Positions 11,000-21,538 of a DNA stretch of 38,096 nucleotides are shown here, piece by piece. Source of the stretch: Basidiobolus meristosporus CBS 931.73. Taxonomy: Eukaryota; Fungi; Basidiobolomycota. Positions within the stretch are counted from its first letter, which is position 1. Each line of letters opens with the position of its first letter. The DNA lies in NCBI GenBank assembly GCA_002104905.1, contig MCFE01000768.1, positions 1 through 38,096 on the forward strand, read 5' to 3'. Below the pieces are notes generated by a model that saw only the letters and a list, made by a program, of their open reading frames with translations, ran no database searches and was not told the origin of the DNA. The position numbers were made by a program, and so were the translations under genes.

Positions 11000-11932
11000 T
11001 TGCTGGTTATAATGTCTATTTTTACTTTAATATTTGATCTTGTAAGAACCATGCCATTGCATATGCAGCTTGGATGCCTTGTTACTTTAGTTTTTGCGCT
11101 TGTTGTTGTTATTGCTTTGATGAAAGGATATAATGCTTTGACCATTGGAAATAATATTGGATCCATCACAGCAAATATTCTTGGTACTTTCTGTTTGGGT
11201 TTGCTTTTGAAACCTTTAGTAATTGTTCATAGAAGCTCAAGAACTTATTCTTGTATTATGCTTTTTATTTCACTCTTAACATCTTGATTATTTTTACAAA
11301 TACTGTTAATCAAGTGTTAGGTTAGCTTCTTAAAATACTTGTTGTTATGTACATTATTACCATGGCTAAATGTATTTACAAAGGACTGCTTGATTCCCCA
11401 GAGGATTCTGACAGTTAAAGCAACTCTGTCAGCAATTCTGATCATGGTTCCAGTAACAGCTTGAATGTGCAACAACCAAAAAAAATTATATATGTGTATT
11501 AACCATTTTATTTGGGCCTGTTTTAGCCACTTTATGTGGTTGGCTTATTGTTAAATCTTCTGTCTATTTTGCTAAACTTTTTGGTATTTCTGATATAGTT
11601 ACTGGATTAATAATTATCTCTATTGGGACAACTCTCCCCAATTTAAGAGTAAGTATCAAGGCCGCTTTATAAGGTCATGGAGGAATTCTAACCGCAAATA
11701 CAGTTAGCAGTAATATATTTCTTATTACTTTTGTTTCAGGAGTTTCTGCAGTTACACAACCAATTACAGTATATGATAAACTCTTTATTTTGACACTCCT
11801 ATTATGTTGGGTAGTTCAGCTATCTTTTGCCTGATTATTTTATGTGGTAATTGCCATAGATGGATGGGATGCAATATGGTATTATTAAATCTTCTATACA
11901 TACCGTTCCAATATTATTTGGTGGCTTTGTAA
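11000..11932 (+). pseudogene. Na+/Ca2+ exchanger (CaCA superfamily, Na_Ca_ex-like) pseudogene
   Basis: Across frameshifts and stops it reads LVVVIALMKGYNALTIGNNIGSITANILGTFCLGLLLKP (alpha-1 repeat), IYKGLLDSPEDSDS (acidic loop), FAKLFGISDIVTGLIIISIGTTLPNLRVSIKAAL*GHGGILTANTVSSNIFLITFVSGV (alpha-2 repeat) and a C-terminal FDTPIMLGSS...RWMG...LY. The N-terminal helices were not found with confidence. Confidence 0.8.
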
Positions 11933-12453
11933 TTTTTTATCTACCTATTTTGTTATGATAAGTGGATTATTTACAAACATATTTTTCCCAATATCAAACT
12001 GTTTTAAAAAGCTAATATCCACTCAGCTTCTTATGGGGATATTGTTTTTGGCATTTTAGAGTGCTAAATTTTCTTTGCTGGCCCCCCTGAATTTCTTCCA
12101 GTTTTTGGTTGCAATCTTTTGCAGAGAGCTTGCCTGATTGATCTGTTGTACTTTGGCTAAAAGTATTGTTGGTATTGTCATGAGTGGTCCCCATGCAAGG
12201 GTAAATTAATATATAACATACATCCATTGGCCATATGAAAGTAATGTTGATGTTCCCATCCAAATGCTGTTGTAAGCCTTGAATCCCATGACTAAGAGGT
12301 AGTGACACCATTAGGACACCAGCAAAAACTGGAAAAGAAATTGCACCTCTTATCCCATAAAAAAACTTACATATTTTCATCACAATAGTCCCTCAGATGC
12401 GTTTGATAGGTTCTCTGCCATTTCTCTCACTTTCAGATCCCATACACTGAATG

Positions 12454-12556
12454 CCCTATGAAAATGATTGTAATGATCCCATCAAAAGGCTGTCACAGAT
12501 TTAAAGTTCCATGACTAAAAGGTACTGGTCCCATCAAGACACCATCCAGAGACCAT
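12454..12556 (-). mobile_element. CMC right terminus (inverted copy e), cut off by the Gypsy-B 3' LTR
   Basis: CCCTATGAAAATG... at 12454 matches the reverse complement of 27400-27499. Confidence 0.8.
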
Positions 12557-13476
12557 TGTGGTGGTGTATAGGTCCAAGGGAGAGAGAAACTCAACACTTA
12601 TCAAGTGTTTTGTGCATGGGGTGTTCACTGGGTGCAATAACCTCTAGCAAAAGCTTGCTAGGAATACTTGGGTTCTGTCTCTAATCTAATGTGATGGGAA
12701 ATAAAGCCACAAGGTTGTCAAGGGAAAACTATTGAGCTATAATCCCCAACTTAGTTGGTGTCTTAACAAAAGTATGTGCAGGGTTCAGTGTCCTTTGAGA
12801 TGACAATGTACTAGAGCTTCCAAAGTCAATACAATTGTACACTCCACCAGCAGGTGCTTGATAACAATGCAGCTGTGGTCAATAGTTACAAAGACAGAAA
12901 AGCATCTTTGCCTGTACAAGAACAAATTTGGGAAAGAGTCAAATATAATAAAAGATATCTACTCTGAGTATTCCTCACAAGTAGAGCCTCCAATGTCAGT
13001 TGGATGTCAGCACGGTTTCCTGGGAGTGACCTGTGGTCTGGGGTTGGAAGTTCAGGTAGCAGCAGGTAGCAGTGATCACACTAGTCAACAAGTTATTATA
13101 TTGATAAAAGGGATGATGATTCATTGTTGAGAGATAGCCTCTCTTATATACTTTTCTTACTGGCTGGGTGACTACTAATCATGGTGTTCCAGAAGGTTCC
13201 AGATATCAATAGAAATCTTAATGACATCAGAATGACCTCAGAATGCTCTAAGTAGGTGCCAGAAGGTTCTAAGAAGCACAGCTCATCCAAACAATCAGGA
13301 ATCAATACTCAGAAACCTGTGTAACATAGGGATACCATATATGGTATGGAAATGGTAGGGATGGTGACATGGGTTGATCATGTGGCATGGGCACTGGTGC
13401 AGGTACTTGCCTAATATAGAAGCACCTATAGCTAGTAATCTTACATATAGTGAGGGGTAACTTATGCCATAAGGTA
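12557..13476 (-). repeat. Gypsy-B 3' LTR (first ~150 bp lost together with the integrase C-terminus)
   Basis: Aligns to 1895-2812, then abuts integrase coding sequence. Confidence 0.85.
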
Positions 13477-14000
13477 TTTTTTTGCTGTGGCCACAGGGTT
13501 GCATTATTCTTACAGGTCTTGATAAGAGAGTTTACCAGTGGTCCATGTCCTCTCTCTACCATTTCATTGGCTTGAGGATGGTAAGCTGTAGTAAAAGCAA
13601 TGTGTATCTTATACTTTGAGCACAACTCCTGGATCATTTGGGATGTCATCACTCCTCTGTCAGCAACAAACTGTTGGATGCAGCCAAATCTGCAGATAAT
13701 GTCTTCAAGTATAAGTCTCCATATGGTATGGCTCTAGTTGTAGGGCAAGGCTCAAGCCTTGGCCCATCCACTAAGGTCATCTCTAGCAGCAATCAGGTAC
13801 TTCTTTGATCCAGCTGTTGGCATGTGGAGAAGGTCAATACCAACCTTTTGCCAAAGACAGATTATGTAAGTAGGATGCAGTGGTTCTTTATAACACTCTG
13901 AGGATCCCTTCTGGCAGGCTGCACATGACTCAACAAAGTGTTGGATATCATAGTACATGTTTTCCCAGTAGTACCTCTGAGCTGTGGAATTGTGGGTGGC
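13477..14000 (-). pseudogene. Gypsy-B integrase (zinc-binding region and core), C-terminally truncated
   Basis: FVESCAACQK, WQKVGIDL, ARDDLSGW, and TTAYHPQANEMVERGH. Confidence 0.9.
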
Positions 14001-14329
14001 TTCTTGTCCTCTATGTCCTCCTGGTTCTCCTTAGTAGACACATGTCATGATATTGAGTTGCTCTTGTGGGGTAGTGGCTACTCTTCTGGTCATAAGTCCA
14101 GGCTTCACTCTTTTAAAGAGAAGATCAACTTTTAGATAGTAGTGGTGTGCCTTCTTTCTGAGTGTTTTAAACTCCTGAATTTCCATCCAACTAGATTTCT
14201 TGAGTGTCCTGGAATATTCCTTGATCAGGCTCCAGGTAGTTCTCTCTTAGTCTTTGATGGCAATCTGTTGGATCTCTGCATTAATCATATCTTCACAGTG
14301 AGGGTCCAAATCTTCAAATAATTGGGTCC

Positions 14330-14511
14330 CTTCCTAGACAGTACATGAGCCACAATATATGTTTTGTCAGGGATATGTCAGACCTCAAAATCAAACATTT
14401 TCAGCCATGCCATGCATCAGTTTGTTGCATCATCAGGTAGGTCAGACTTGATGATCATTCCTATAAGTGGCTTGGCATCTGTCTCCAGGATGAAATGTGT
14501 CATGTAGAGTT
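14330..14511 (-). pseudogene. Gypsy-B RNase H, downstream half (split by Copia-1)
   Basis: Joins 19198 to give KLVSQL-YMTHFILETDAKPLIGM...WLKMFDFEV*HIPDKTYIVAHVLSRK. Confidence 0.85.
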
Positions 14512-14880
14512 TGTTGCAATTTAAGAAGTGATTTGGATATAAGGAACTTATCAAGAAATAGTGATAATAGTTGAACTGTTGTTTATTCATAAAGAAGCTC
14601 AGTATTTATACCTTTGTAGAAGTAATACAGCTGCAACACTAAGTAGGGAGGGTTTCTCAATATTCAGGAGCATTCTGTAACAGTTTCAGGGTTAGTACAT
14701 AATGTTTGGTAATAGTGCTAATTTGATCCTGACTATAGGGGAATAATCATAAGATCATATATCTGGAGAAAGTGGCGAAGTAAAGGCAGTAAATGAGTCC
14801 TACAGTGACTAAGACTAGCCTAGAATTGTTAAGTAAATTTTTAGCTGCTGAATGATACCAAATAGTCCAATATTTCAACA
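14512..14880 (-). repeat. Copia-1 3' LTR
   Basis: Direct repeat of 18829-19197; TATAAA 14610-14605 and AATAAA 14587-14582 on the minus strand. Confidence 0.97.
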
Positions 14881-17800
14881 CTCCCCCTCAACTAAATAAT
14901 TTCTTAATCCCAATTTCTCTCTAAGGATCTCAAACTGTGGCCTAGCTAGTGGTTTTGTCAATATGTCTGCCACCATTTTGTCAGTTGGGCAGTAAACCAG
15001 CTCTACTAAGTTATTTTCTACAGCTTCCCTCACAAAGTGATGCTGTATATCAATGTGCTTAGTTCTGGCATGATTAGTAGGATTTCTAGCTAATGAAATA
15101 CAACTTTGATTATCCTTGTAAATACATGTTGGTTCACCTGAATTAAAACCTAAGTCTTTGAATAATTTTTGTAGCCATATAGCCTCCTTAGTTGCTTGAC
15201 ATGCAGCCATATATTCGGCTTCAGTTGTAGATAGTGCCACAGTTGGTTGTTTCTTGCAATTCCAAGTAATAGCTGCACCAGCATAAAGAAATACATAGCC
15301 TGTGGTAGAGCGTCTGTCAATCAGATCTCTACCCCAATCTGAATCACTATAACCATCAAATTTTCGCCTATTAGCTGCTCCAGAGTATTCCAGTACCATA
15401 TTTATGGTACCTTGTAGATATCTGAAAATCCGCTTAACTGCTGCAATTTGATCTGATCCATAATTCTGCATGAATTGACTGACTATTCCAACTGCTACTG
15501 CAATATCTGGACGTGTAGACACCATCAAGTACATTAGGCTACCGACCATTGATTGATAGGGAAAGTTTTGGTCCATATTTGAGCCGTTTTCATCCATAAC
15601 TGGCTGAGATTTGCTTAATTTCAGGTTATTGTCCATAGGGGTTGCTGCAGGTTTGCAATTTTCCATTTTGAAGCGTCTAAGAATGTCCCTGATGTACTTA
15701 GACTGATTCAGCACAATTTTCTGCGTAGGTATGTCAAATTTGACCTCAATTCCAAGAAAATAGCTCAATTTTCCAAGATCTTTCATCTCAAACTTGCTGA
15801 AGAGATCTGATTTCGTCTGTTTAAGTGCCTCTTGATCACTTGTAGCTATAATTAGGTCGTCCACATAAAGAACTAGGATGATCACACCCTTTTTGAGCTG
15901 TTTCACATATATACTGTGATCTGCAGTGCTACGAGAGAACCCAATTTCCTCTAGATATGTGTCAATCTTGTTATACCATGCTCTGGGTGCCTGCTTAAGC
16001 CCATACAACGATTTTCTAAGTTTGCACACCTTATGGGGGCTTTTTGGATCGGTAAAACCTTCTGGTTGCTCCATATATATAGTTTCTTGCAAATCCCCAT
16101 TTAGAAAGGCTGTTTTGACGTCCATTTGGTGTAGATCTAGACTGTGTACAGCTGCCAGGGCTAGAACTGTCCTAATAGAGTTAAACTTGGCAACCGGAGC
16201 AAATGTTTCCTTAAAGTCTAGTCCCTGGATCTGGGAATAGCCTTTAGCTACCAATCTAGCCTTGTACTTATCAACGGCACCATTTGAGGTTATCTTGATC
16301 TTATAGACCCATCTACATCCTATTGGCTTTCTCCCATTTGGTAAATCTACCAGTTCCCACGTTTTTGCCTTGATCAGTGATTGGTACTCCTCCTGCATGG
16401 CTTGTTGCCACTTAGTAGCATCTGGACCTTGCATTGCCTGTTCCAGATTCTGAGGTTCGGCACATAAGGCAAGATAAGCTTCTTCATGATCATTGGATGT
16501 CTGCCACCAGGATCCAGGGGCATTTCTTATTCTGGTAGATCTCCTAACTGGGATAATCTGTTCTGATCTGGAACTGGTAGAAGTATCTTCCATCTCTGGC
16601 TGGATTTGGTACGTATCTTCTTCATTTGTGTTGATTGCATCATCAGGCAGCTGGCCAATGATTTCTGTGGCTTTCTGATCTGAATTCTCCTCAAATACAA
16701 CATCCCTGCTCTTGATCAGCTTCTGAATTTCGCCATCATACACTCTATACCCTTTAGTACCTTCACAATACCCAAGAAAGATCCCTTTTCTACTCTTTGG
16801 TTCCAACTTTGAGCGTTTTTTGTCAGGGATGTGATAAAAAACATCACTGCCAAAGATCCTGAGGTGCTGGAGATCTGGTTTTTTGCCTGTATATGCTTCA
16901 AAGGGTGTAGAATCACGTAGTGCTGTTGTTGGGCATCTGTTCTTGATGTATACAGCGGTAGCAACAGATTCAGCCCAAAACTTGTAGTCCATTCCCTTAT
17001 CATGTAGCATAGATCTTCCCATCTCTACTATTGTTCTGTTTGCACGTTCTGCTACTCCATTTTGCTGTGGAGTATGAGGAACTGTGGTCTGTTGAAGTAT
17101 ACCAGTAGACAAGCAGTATTTTGCAAACTCCTTTGAGCAGTATTCTCCTCCATTGTCACTTCGTAGTACCTTCAATTTACACCCAGTTTGTGTTTCTGCC
17201 ATGTTCTTGAAGTGCTTAAACGTCTCTAAAGCTTCATCCTTTGTTTTGAGGAAGTACACCCATGTATATCTTGTCTTGTCATCAATAAACGTCATAAAGT
17301 ATCTCTTGGCTCCAAAGGACAGTGTTCTCATGGGGCCACATATGTCTGAGTGTACAATAGCCAATATTTCGGTGGTATTGATGCCTTCTGAGCTCTTGAA
17401 ACGTTGCCTAGCTTGTTTGCCATATGAACATCCTTTACAAACATTCAATTTGATCGGAATTGAGTATTTTAGGCCCAAAACAAGCTGATTTTTCACCAAT
17501 TGGCTCATTTTCTGTTCCCCTATGTGTCCTAGCCTCCTATGCCACGTCTCCCAGTTGGTTTCATCGGTTTCAGCAATGTTGACATACTCAGGTACAATGA
17601 TCTTGCATTGTAACTTGTATATATTGTGATCTCTGATTCCCGAAGCTAATTTTTGTCCATTTTCACTCAATATTGAGCAGCTCAGCTTAGTAAAAACGAA
17701 TTTCAGTCCCTGAGTAGTTGCTTTACTGACTGAGAGTAGGTTCTTAGCTATTCCAGGTACATAGAGTACGTCAGTCAGTTTTGCTGTTGTTGCCCCTGAG

Positions 17801-18792
17801 TTATCACTCATATTTAGTTGTATGGACCCACTGGCGGTAGCTTCCAATGCAGAGTTATCTCCCAGATAAACCTTTCTTACGGGAATAGTCTTTAAGTTGC
17901 TGAACCAATCCTTTATACCACAAATATGCTGTGATGCTCCAGAGTCAATATACCATTCATTACTTCGGTTACTTGCACTCTCTTGTACAGTGACAAATAG
18001 CTGTTCATCAGTAGTTATATGGTTTGCCTGCTCTAGTTTCTGTTTTTCGTCTGCTTGTTTCTTCTTGCATTCTCTTGCCCAGTGTCCTGGCTTCTTACAG
18101 TAGTTACAGCAGCCAGGTTTTCTTCGGTTTTGTTGCTTTCCCTTCTTTTCTGTATGCCTTTCTGAACTGAATAAAGCATTATCTTCAATTTTCTCTGCTT
18201 GGTCATTACGTCTGAGTTCTTCATGGAGAAGTCTTCCTTTGACATAGTCTAAAGTCAAGTTGTCTTCTCTGCTTTCAAAAGAAAGTATGAGTGGCTCATA
18301 CTCGTCTGGTAGGCTGCAAAGCAGACAGAGTATCTTTTCTTCATCATCTACACCAGCATTAATACTGTAAAGTTCTTCTGCAAGTGTCTCCATTCTGGTA
18401 ATGAGTTGTAGCATGTCATCATCTGGCTTTTTTCTCATGTTGAAGAACTTTCGTTTCAAATAAAGCTTGCTTGATACTGACTTTGCTCTAAAGATCTTCT
18501 CCAAGGATTCCCATGCTGCTTTGGCAGTATTTGAGGCATGGATTTGTCCAATGAAGGAGTCTTGCACATTGATGCATATTGCATTGAAGGCCTTTCTCTC
18601 CTTCTCTTGAAACTTCTCCACATCTTCTGCTGTTCCTTTGGGCTCAACTTCCTTTCCTGTTACTATATTCCAAAGCTTTCTTTCCTCAAGGTGGATCTGC
18701 ATCTTGATTCTCCAAAGTCTGTAGTTCTTCCCATCAAACCTCTCCTTTACAGGGAAGATGTTGGTATTGCTTTGTTTGCTGGTAGAAGTCAT
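14875..18792 (-). CDS. Copia gag-pol polyprotein, 1305 aa
   Basis: Gag (FDGKNYRLW), zinc knuckle CNYCKKPGHWAREC, protease WYIDSGASQH, WHRRLGH plus CKGC, integrase HSD/SDNGGEY/ERANR, RT LYVDD, RNase H DSDW/TEAEY/DNQS/ADILTK, all in Copia order. Confidence 0.98.
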   Translation of the reverse strand: MTSTSKQSNTNIFPVKERFDGKNYRLWRIKMQIHLEERKLWNIVTGKEVEPKGTAEDVEKFQEKERKAFNAICINVQDSFIGQIHASNTAKAAWESLEKIFRAKSVSSKLYLKRKFFNMRKKPDDDMLQLITRMETLAEELYSINAGVDDEEKILCLLCSLPDEYEPLILSFESREDNLTLDYVKGRLLHEELRRNDQAEKIEDNALFSSERHTEKKGKQQNRRKPGCCNYCKKPGHWARECKKKQADEKQKLEQANHITTDEQLFVTVQESASNRSNEWYIDSGASQHICGIKDWFSNLKTIPVRKVYLGDNSALEATASGSIQLNMSDNSGATTAKLTDVLYVPGIAKNLLSVSKATTQGLKFVFTKLSCSILSENGQKLASGIRDHNIYKLQCKIIVPEYVNIAETDETNWETWHRRLGHIGEQKMSQLVKNQLVLGLKYSIPIKLNVCKGCSYGKQARQRFKSSEGINTTEILAIVHSDICGPMRTLSFGAKRYFMTFIDDKTRYTWVYFLKTKDEALETFKHFKNMAETQTGCKLKVLRSDNGGEYCSKEFAKYCLSTGILQQTTVPHTPQQNGVAERANRTIVEMGRSMLHDKGMDYKFWAESVATAVYIKNRCPTTALRDSTPFEAYTGKKPDLQHLRIFGSDVFYHIPDKKRSKLEPKSRKGIFLGYCEGTKGYRVYDGEIQKLIKSRDVVFEENSDQKATEIIGQLPDDAINTNEEDTYQIQPEMEDTSTSSRSEQIIPVRRSTRIRNAPGSWWQTSNDHEEAYLALCAEPQNLEQAMQGPDATKWQQAMQEEYQSLIKAKTWELVDLPNGRKPIGCRWVYKIKITSNGAVDKYKARLVAKGYSQIQGLDFKETFAPVAKFNSIRTVLALAAVHSLDLHQMDVKTAFLNGDLQETIYMEQPEGFTDPKSPHKVCKLRKSLYGLKQAPRAWYNKIDTYLEEIGFSRSTADHSIYVKQLKKGVIILVLYVDDLIIATSDQEALKQTKSDLFSKFEMKDLGKLSYFLGIEVKFDIPTQKIVLNQSKYIRDILRRFKMENCKPAATPMDNNLKLSKSQPVMDENGSNMDQNFPYQSMVGSLMYLMVSTRPDIAVAVGIVSQFMQNYGSDQIAAVKRIFRYLQGTINMVLEYSGAANRRKFDGYSDSDWGRDLIDRRSTTGYVFLYAGAAITWNCKKQPTVALSTTEAEYMAACQATKEAIWLQKLFKDLGFNSGEPTCIYKDNQSCISLARNPTNHARTKHIDIQHHFVREAVENNLVELVYCPTDKMVADILTKPLARPQFEILREKLGLRNYLVEGEC
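14881..14889 (-). promoter_or_regulatory. Polypurine tract of Copia-1
   Basis: GAGGGGGAG directly before the 3' LTR. Confidence 0.9.
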
Positions 18793-18816
18793 CTTTAGAA
18801 TAGATTAAGGCAATCG

Positions 18817-18828
18817 GGGCTCATAACC
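18817..18828 (-). promoter_or_regulatory. Primer-binding site of Copia-1, complementary to the anticodon arm of initiator tRNA-Met
   Basis: GGTTATGAGCCC directly after the 5' LTR is the complement of GGGCTCATAACC, the half-tRNA priming mode known for Ty5 and Drosophila copia. Confidence 0.9.
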
Positions 18829-19197
18829 TGTTGCAATTTAAGAAGTGATTTGGATATAAGGAACTTATCAAGAAATAGTGATAATAGTTGAACTGTTGTT
18901 TATTCATAAAGAAGCTCAGTATTTATACCTTTGTAGAAGTAATACAGCTGCAACACTAAGTAGGGAGGGTTTCTCAATATTCAGGAGCATTCTGTAACAG
19001 TTTCAGGGTTAGTACATAATGTTTGGTAATAGTGCTAATTTGATCCTGACTATAGGGGAATAATCATAAGATCATATATCTGGAGAAAGTGGCGAAGTAA
19101 AGGCAGTAAATGAGTCCTACAGTGACTAAGACTAGCCTAGAATTGTTAAGTAAATTTTTAGCTGCTGAATGATACCAAATAGTCCAATATTTCAACA
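18829..19197 (-). repeat. Copia-1 5' LTR
   Basis: Direct repeat of 14512-14880. Confidence 0.97.
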
Positions 19198-20726
19198 GAG
19201 TTGTGACACTAGCTTCCTCAGCATCTTCACAACTCCTAGTAGCTCTCTCTTAATCTGTGAGTATTTTTGTTTTCTAGGAGAGAATAGGCAGCTTTCATAT
19301 CTGCAGGCATAGCAGTTGCAATCTTCATCATCTTGGCCAAGTAGTGCTCCAGCTCCAATAGGGCCTGCATCCACTGTCAAAATAGGTAGGTATTCAGTGT
19401 TCTGATAGTCAAGAGTTCTTAGAACCAGTGTGGATACTAAGGCCTCTTTCAGTAATTGCATGACTTCTTCTTGCTCTTCTCCCCAAATAAATGGGGTGTT
19501 CTTTCTTTGTAGTAGGTGGATTGGTTCTGCTATCTCAGAAAATCTCATAATTTAGATCCTAAAGAACCCACAAGCTGCCACAAAGCCACAAGCTTGTGTT
19601 AGATTTGTGGGGGTAGACCAGTTGCATATTTCTTGTGTCTTGAATTCTCCAGGTGAACGGCTAAAGGTGTTGCATTTTTGTCCAACAATGGATATCTCTG
19701 ATACACCAAAGCTGCTTTTCTCACCACTGATGGTGAGTCCTGCTTCTTCAATGGCTCCTAATATGGCATAATTGTCTGAAATATGGTCATAGACAAACTT
19801 TCTTACTCCAGGCATGACTTCAGTGGTGTTCCAGAATTTTGGTCCCTTGATGCCTATGTCATCAACAAAGACAACAGGTTTCTCAGGTATAAACTGATAC
19901 AGCACATTCACCATGCATCACTGGAACTGAGCCATGGTGTTTGTAGCCCCTTTGCTGAGTCTTGTCATTCTTAACAGTTCAAATGGTGTCTGGAGTGCAA
20001 ATATATCTCTTGATGTCTCATCTACAGGGATCTGGTCATATCCCAAGTAGAGATTGTATGTTGAGTAAATGGAGTGGCTACTAAAGCTTTCTGAAAAGTC
20101 ATCTATAAATGAAGATATAACAGCATCTCTGATAGTGACAGGATTTGCAAGTTGCATGTCTTGAATGAATTGGAGCTTTGCATTCTTCTTTTTGGTCAAA
20201 AGCCATTTGATAGCATAAGGTCCATGGCAAAGTACTAGGATACCAGCTTCTATCTTCTTCTTAAGCAGGTCATAGACATCAGCTTGGAGTCCTCTGGGCA
20301 GTGGGTAAGGCTTAAATGATCAGGGTGTGTGGGACACTGTATGAATCTTGATATGTTTTTCAACCAATGTCTTTAAGACCCCCATCTCCATGTCATTATA
20401 TGAAAAAACCTTATCATGTCTTTTCAGGGTCTCTTCAAATAATAAGATCTCCTCTGGTGTTAGGTTTCCATCACCAATGATAAGTGACTTAGGTCTCTCA
20501 GGTGCAAGGCATATATCTTCTGGTGGCCTGATGTCATCAGCAGGACAAGATCCATCAATCAAAGGTATAAGTGATGGTCTAATCTTCTGTTCTACTCTCT
20601 TGTATTTTGTATGAACCATAGCTATCTGCTCCTGTATACCTAATGAGCAGCTCCAAATGTTGGGGTGTATATTGTCAGGCTCCTCATCTTGTTCCATTAC
20701 AAGATGTGTCTTCTGACAAGCAGTAT
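19198..20726 (-). pseudogene. Gypsy-B reverse transcriptase and RNase H upstream half
   Basis: TKYKRVEQKIRP, LTPEE, VSHTP*, DLYLGYDQ-like NLYLGYDQI, LRMTRLSKGATN, VFVDDIGIKGP, TVDAGPIGAGALL, KYSQIKRELLGV; multiple stops. Confidence 0.9.
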
Positions 20727-21538
20727 CCCTATGAAAAATAATTTGGTCCCACAGGTGGATCCAATCTGGATCAACTGTCAAGAACCTGTTAAGAAACCAT
20801 CATAATAATAGAAGCTTGGAATTAGTGACCCTCCTAACAATCTCACAATGGGATTATAATGGTGTTTCACTAATTATTTAACCAGATAAAGGGATAAAGC
20901 TTGACAATATTTTATTGGTGCTAGGATAATATTTGCATGGTATTGTTGTGGTCTTTCAGCACTCTCTTACTATTCTATGTGGATTCAGTTGGCAAGGACA
21001 TCCAATTGCCTTATATGGCAAGAGACTTGGTGGTATTTGACAGCCTCATAGCAAGACTCTGATGACATTATATTGGCAGTATGATGACCTACCACTGGTT
21101 TTGTATAATGCTACCATACCAGCTTACCAAGTGGTATTTCCTTTTTCTACCTCCCCTTGTGCAATTCATATATTCCACTGTAGAATAACCCCTTGCTATT
21201 TCCTTACCCACTACTGCCTTTGGCATTCCTCATATAGTTCAAATCAAAAAAAACTATGGCCTCCTGCTTGCCAACCTCTACAAACACACACACCTATTGC
21301 AATTGACATACTTCTATCACCTGAGCTTTATGGCTTTTGAGTGTGATAATTGCAAAGTTGCCATATGCCTTGTACTGCTGGTAGCATATACATCTTGCAA
21401 ACATATGCTTGGTTGTTGCCACTTCTGCCATGAATACCTCCTGAATATCTGCAAAGAACTTCTTGGTATTTAGCCAATACATTCCTTCTCCAAGGTAAAT
21501 TCTAGCTCCCTATGTTGGTGTGTTCTGGCTGTTGTTTG

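Larger units (their letters stand above)
14512..19197 (-). mobile_element. Intact Ty1/Copia LTR retrotransposon (Copia-1, 4686 bp)
   Basis: Two 369-bp TGTTG...CAACA LTRs with no difference seen by eye; 5-bp TSD GAGTT at 14507-14511 and 19198-19202; PBS, PPT and an unbroken ORF. Confidence 0.97.

Noticed and set aside
10894-11098. Possible N-terminal exon of the exchanger (VSP...ALIVTPDIEL)
   Set aside because: Similarity is too weak and no convincing splice sites were found.
12445-12449. CACTG as a CACTA-type terminus
   Set aside because: The other copies do not share these bases; conservation starts at CCCTATG (12454), which also gives the matched TIR and AT TSD at 20727/27499.
15926-18798. 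Plus-strand and alternate-frame ORFs overlapping Copia-1
   Set aside because: Shadow ORFs of a long coding sequence, with no recognisable motifs.
20320-20781. 153-aa ORF as a single gene
   Set aside because: Chimeric: its first ~18 codons come from the CMC left end (20727-20781) and the rest is Gypsy-B pre-RT sequence.
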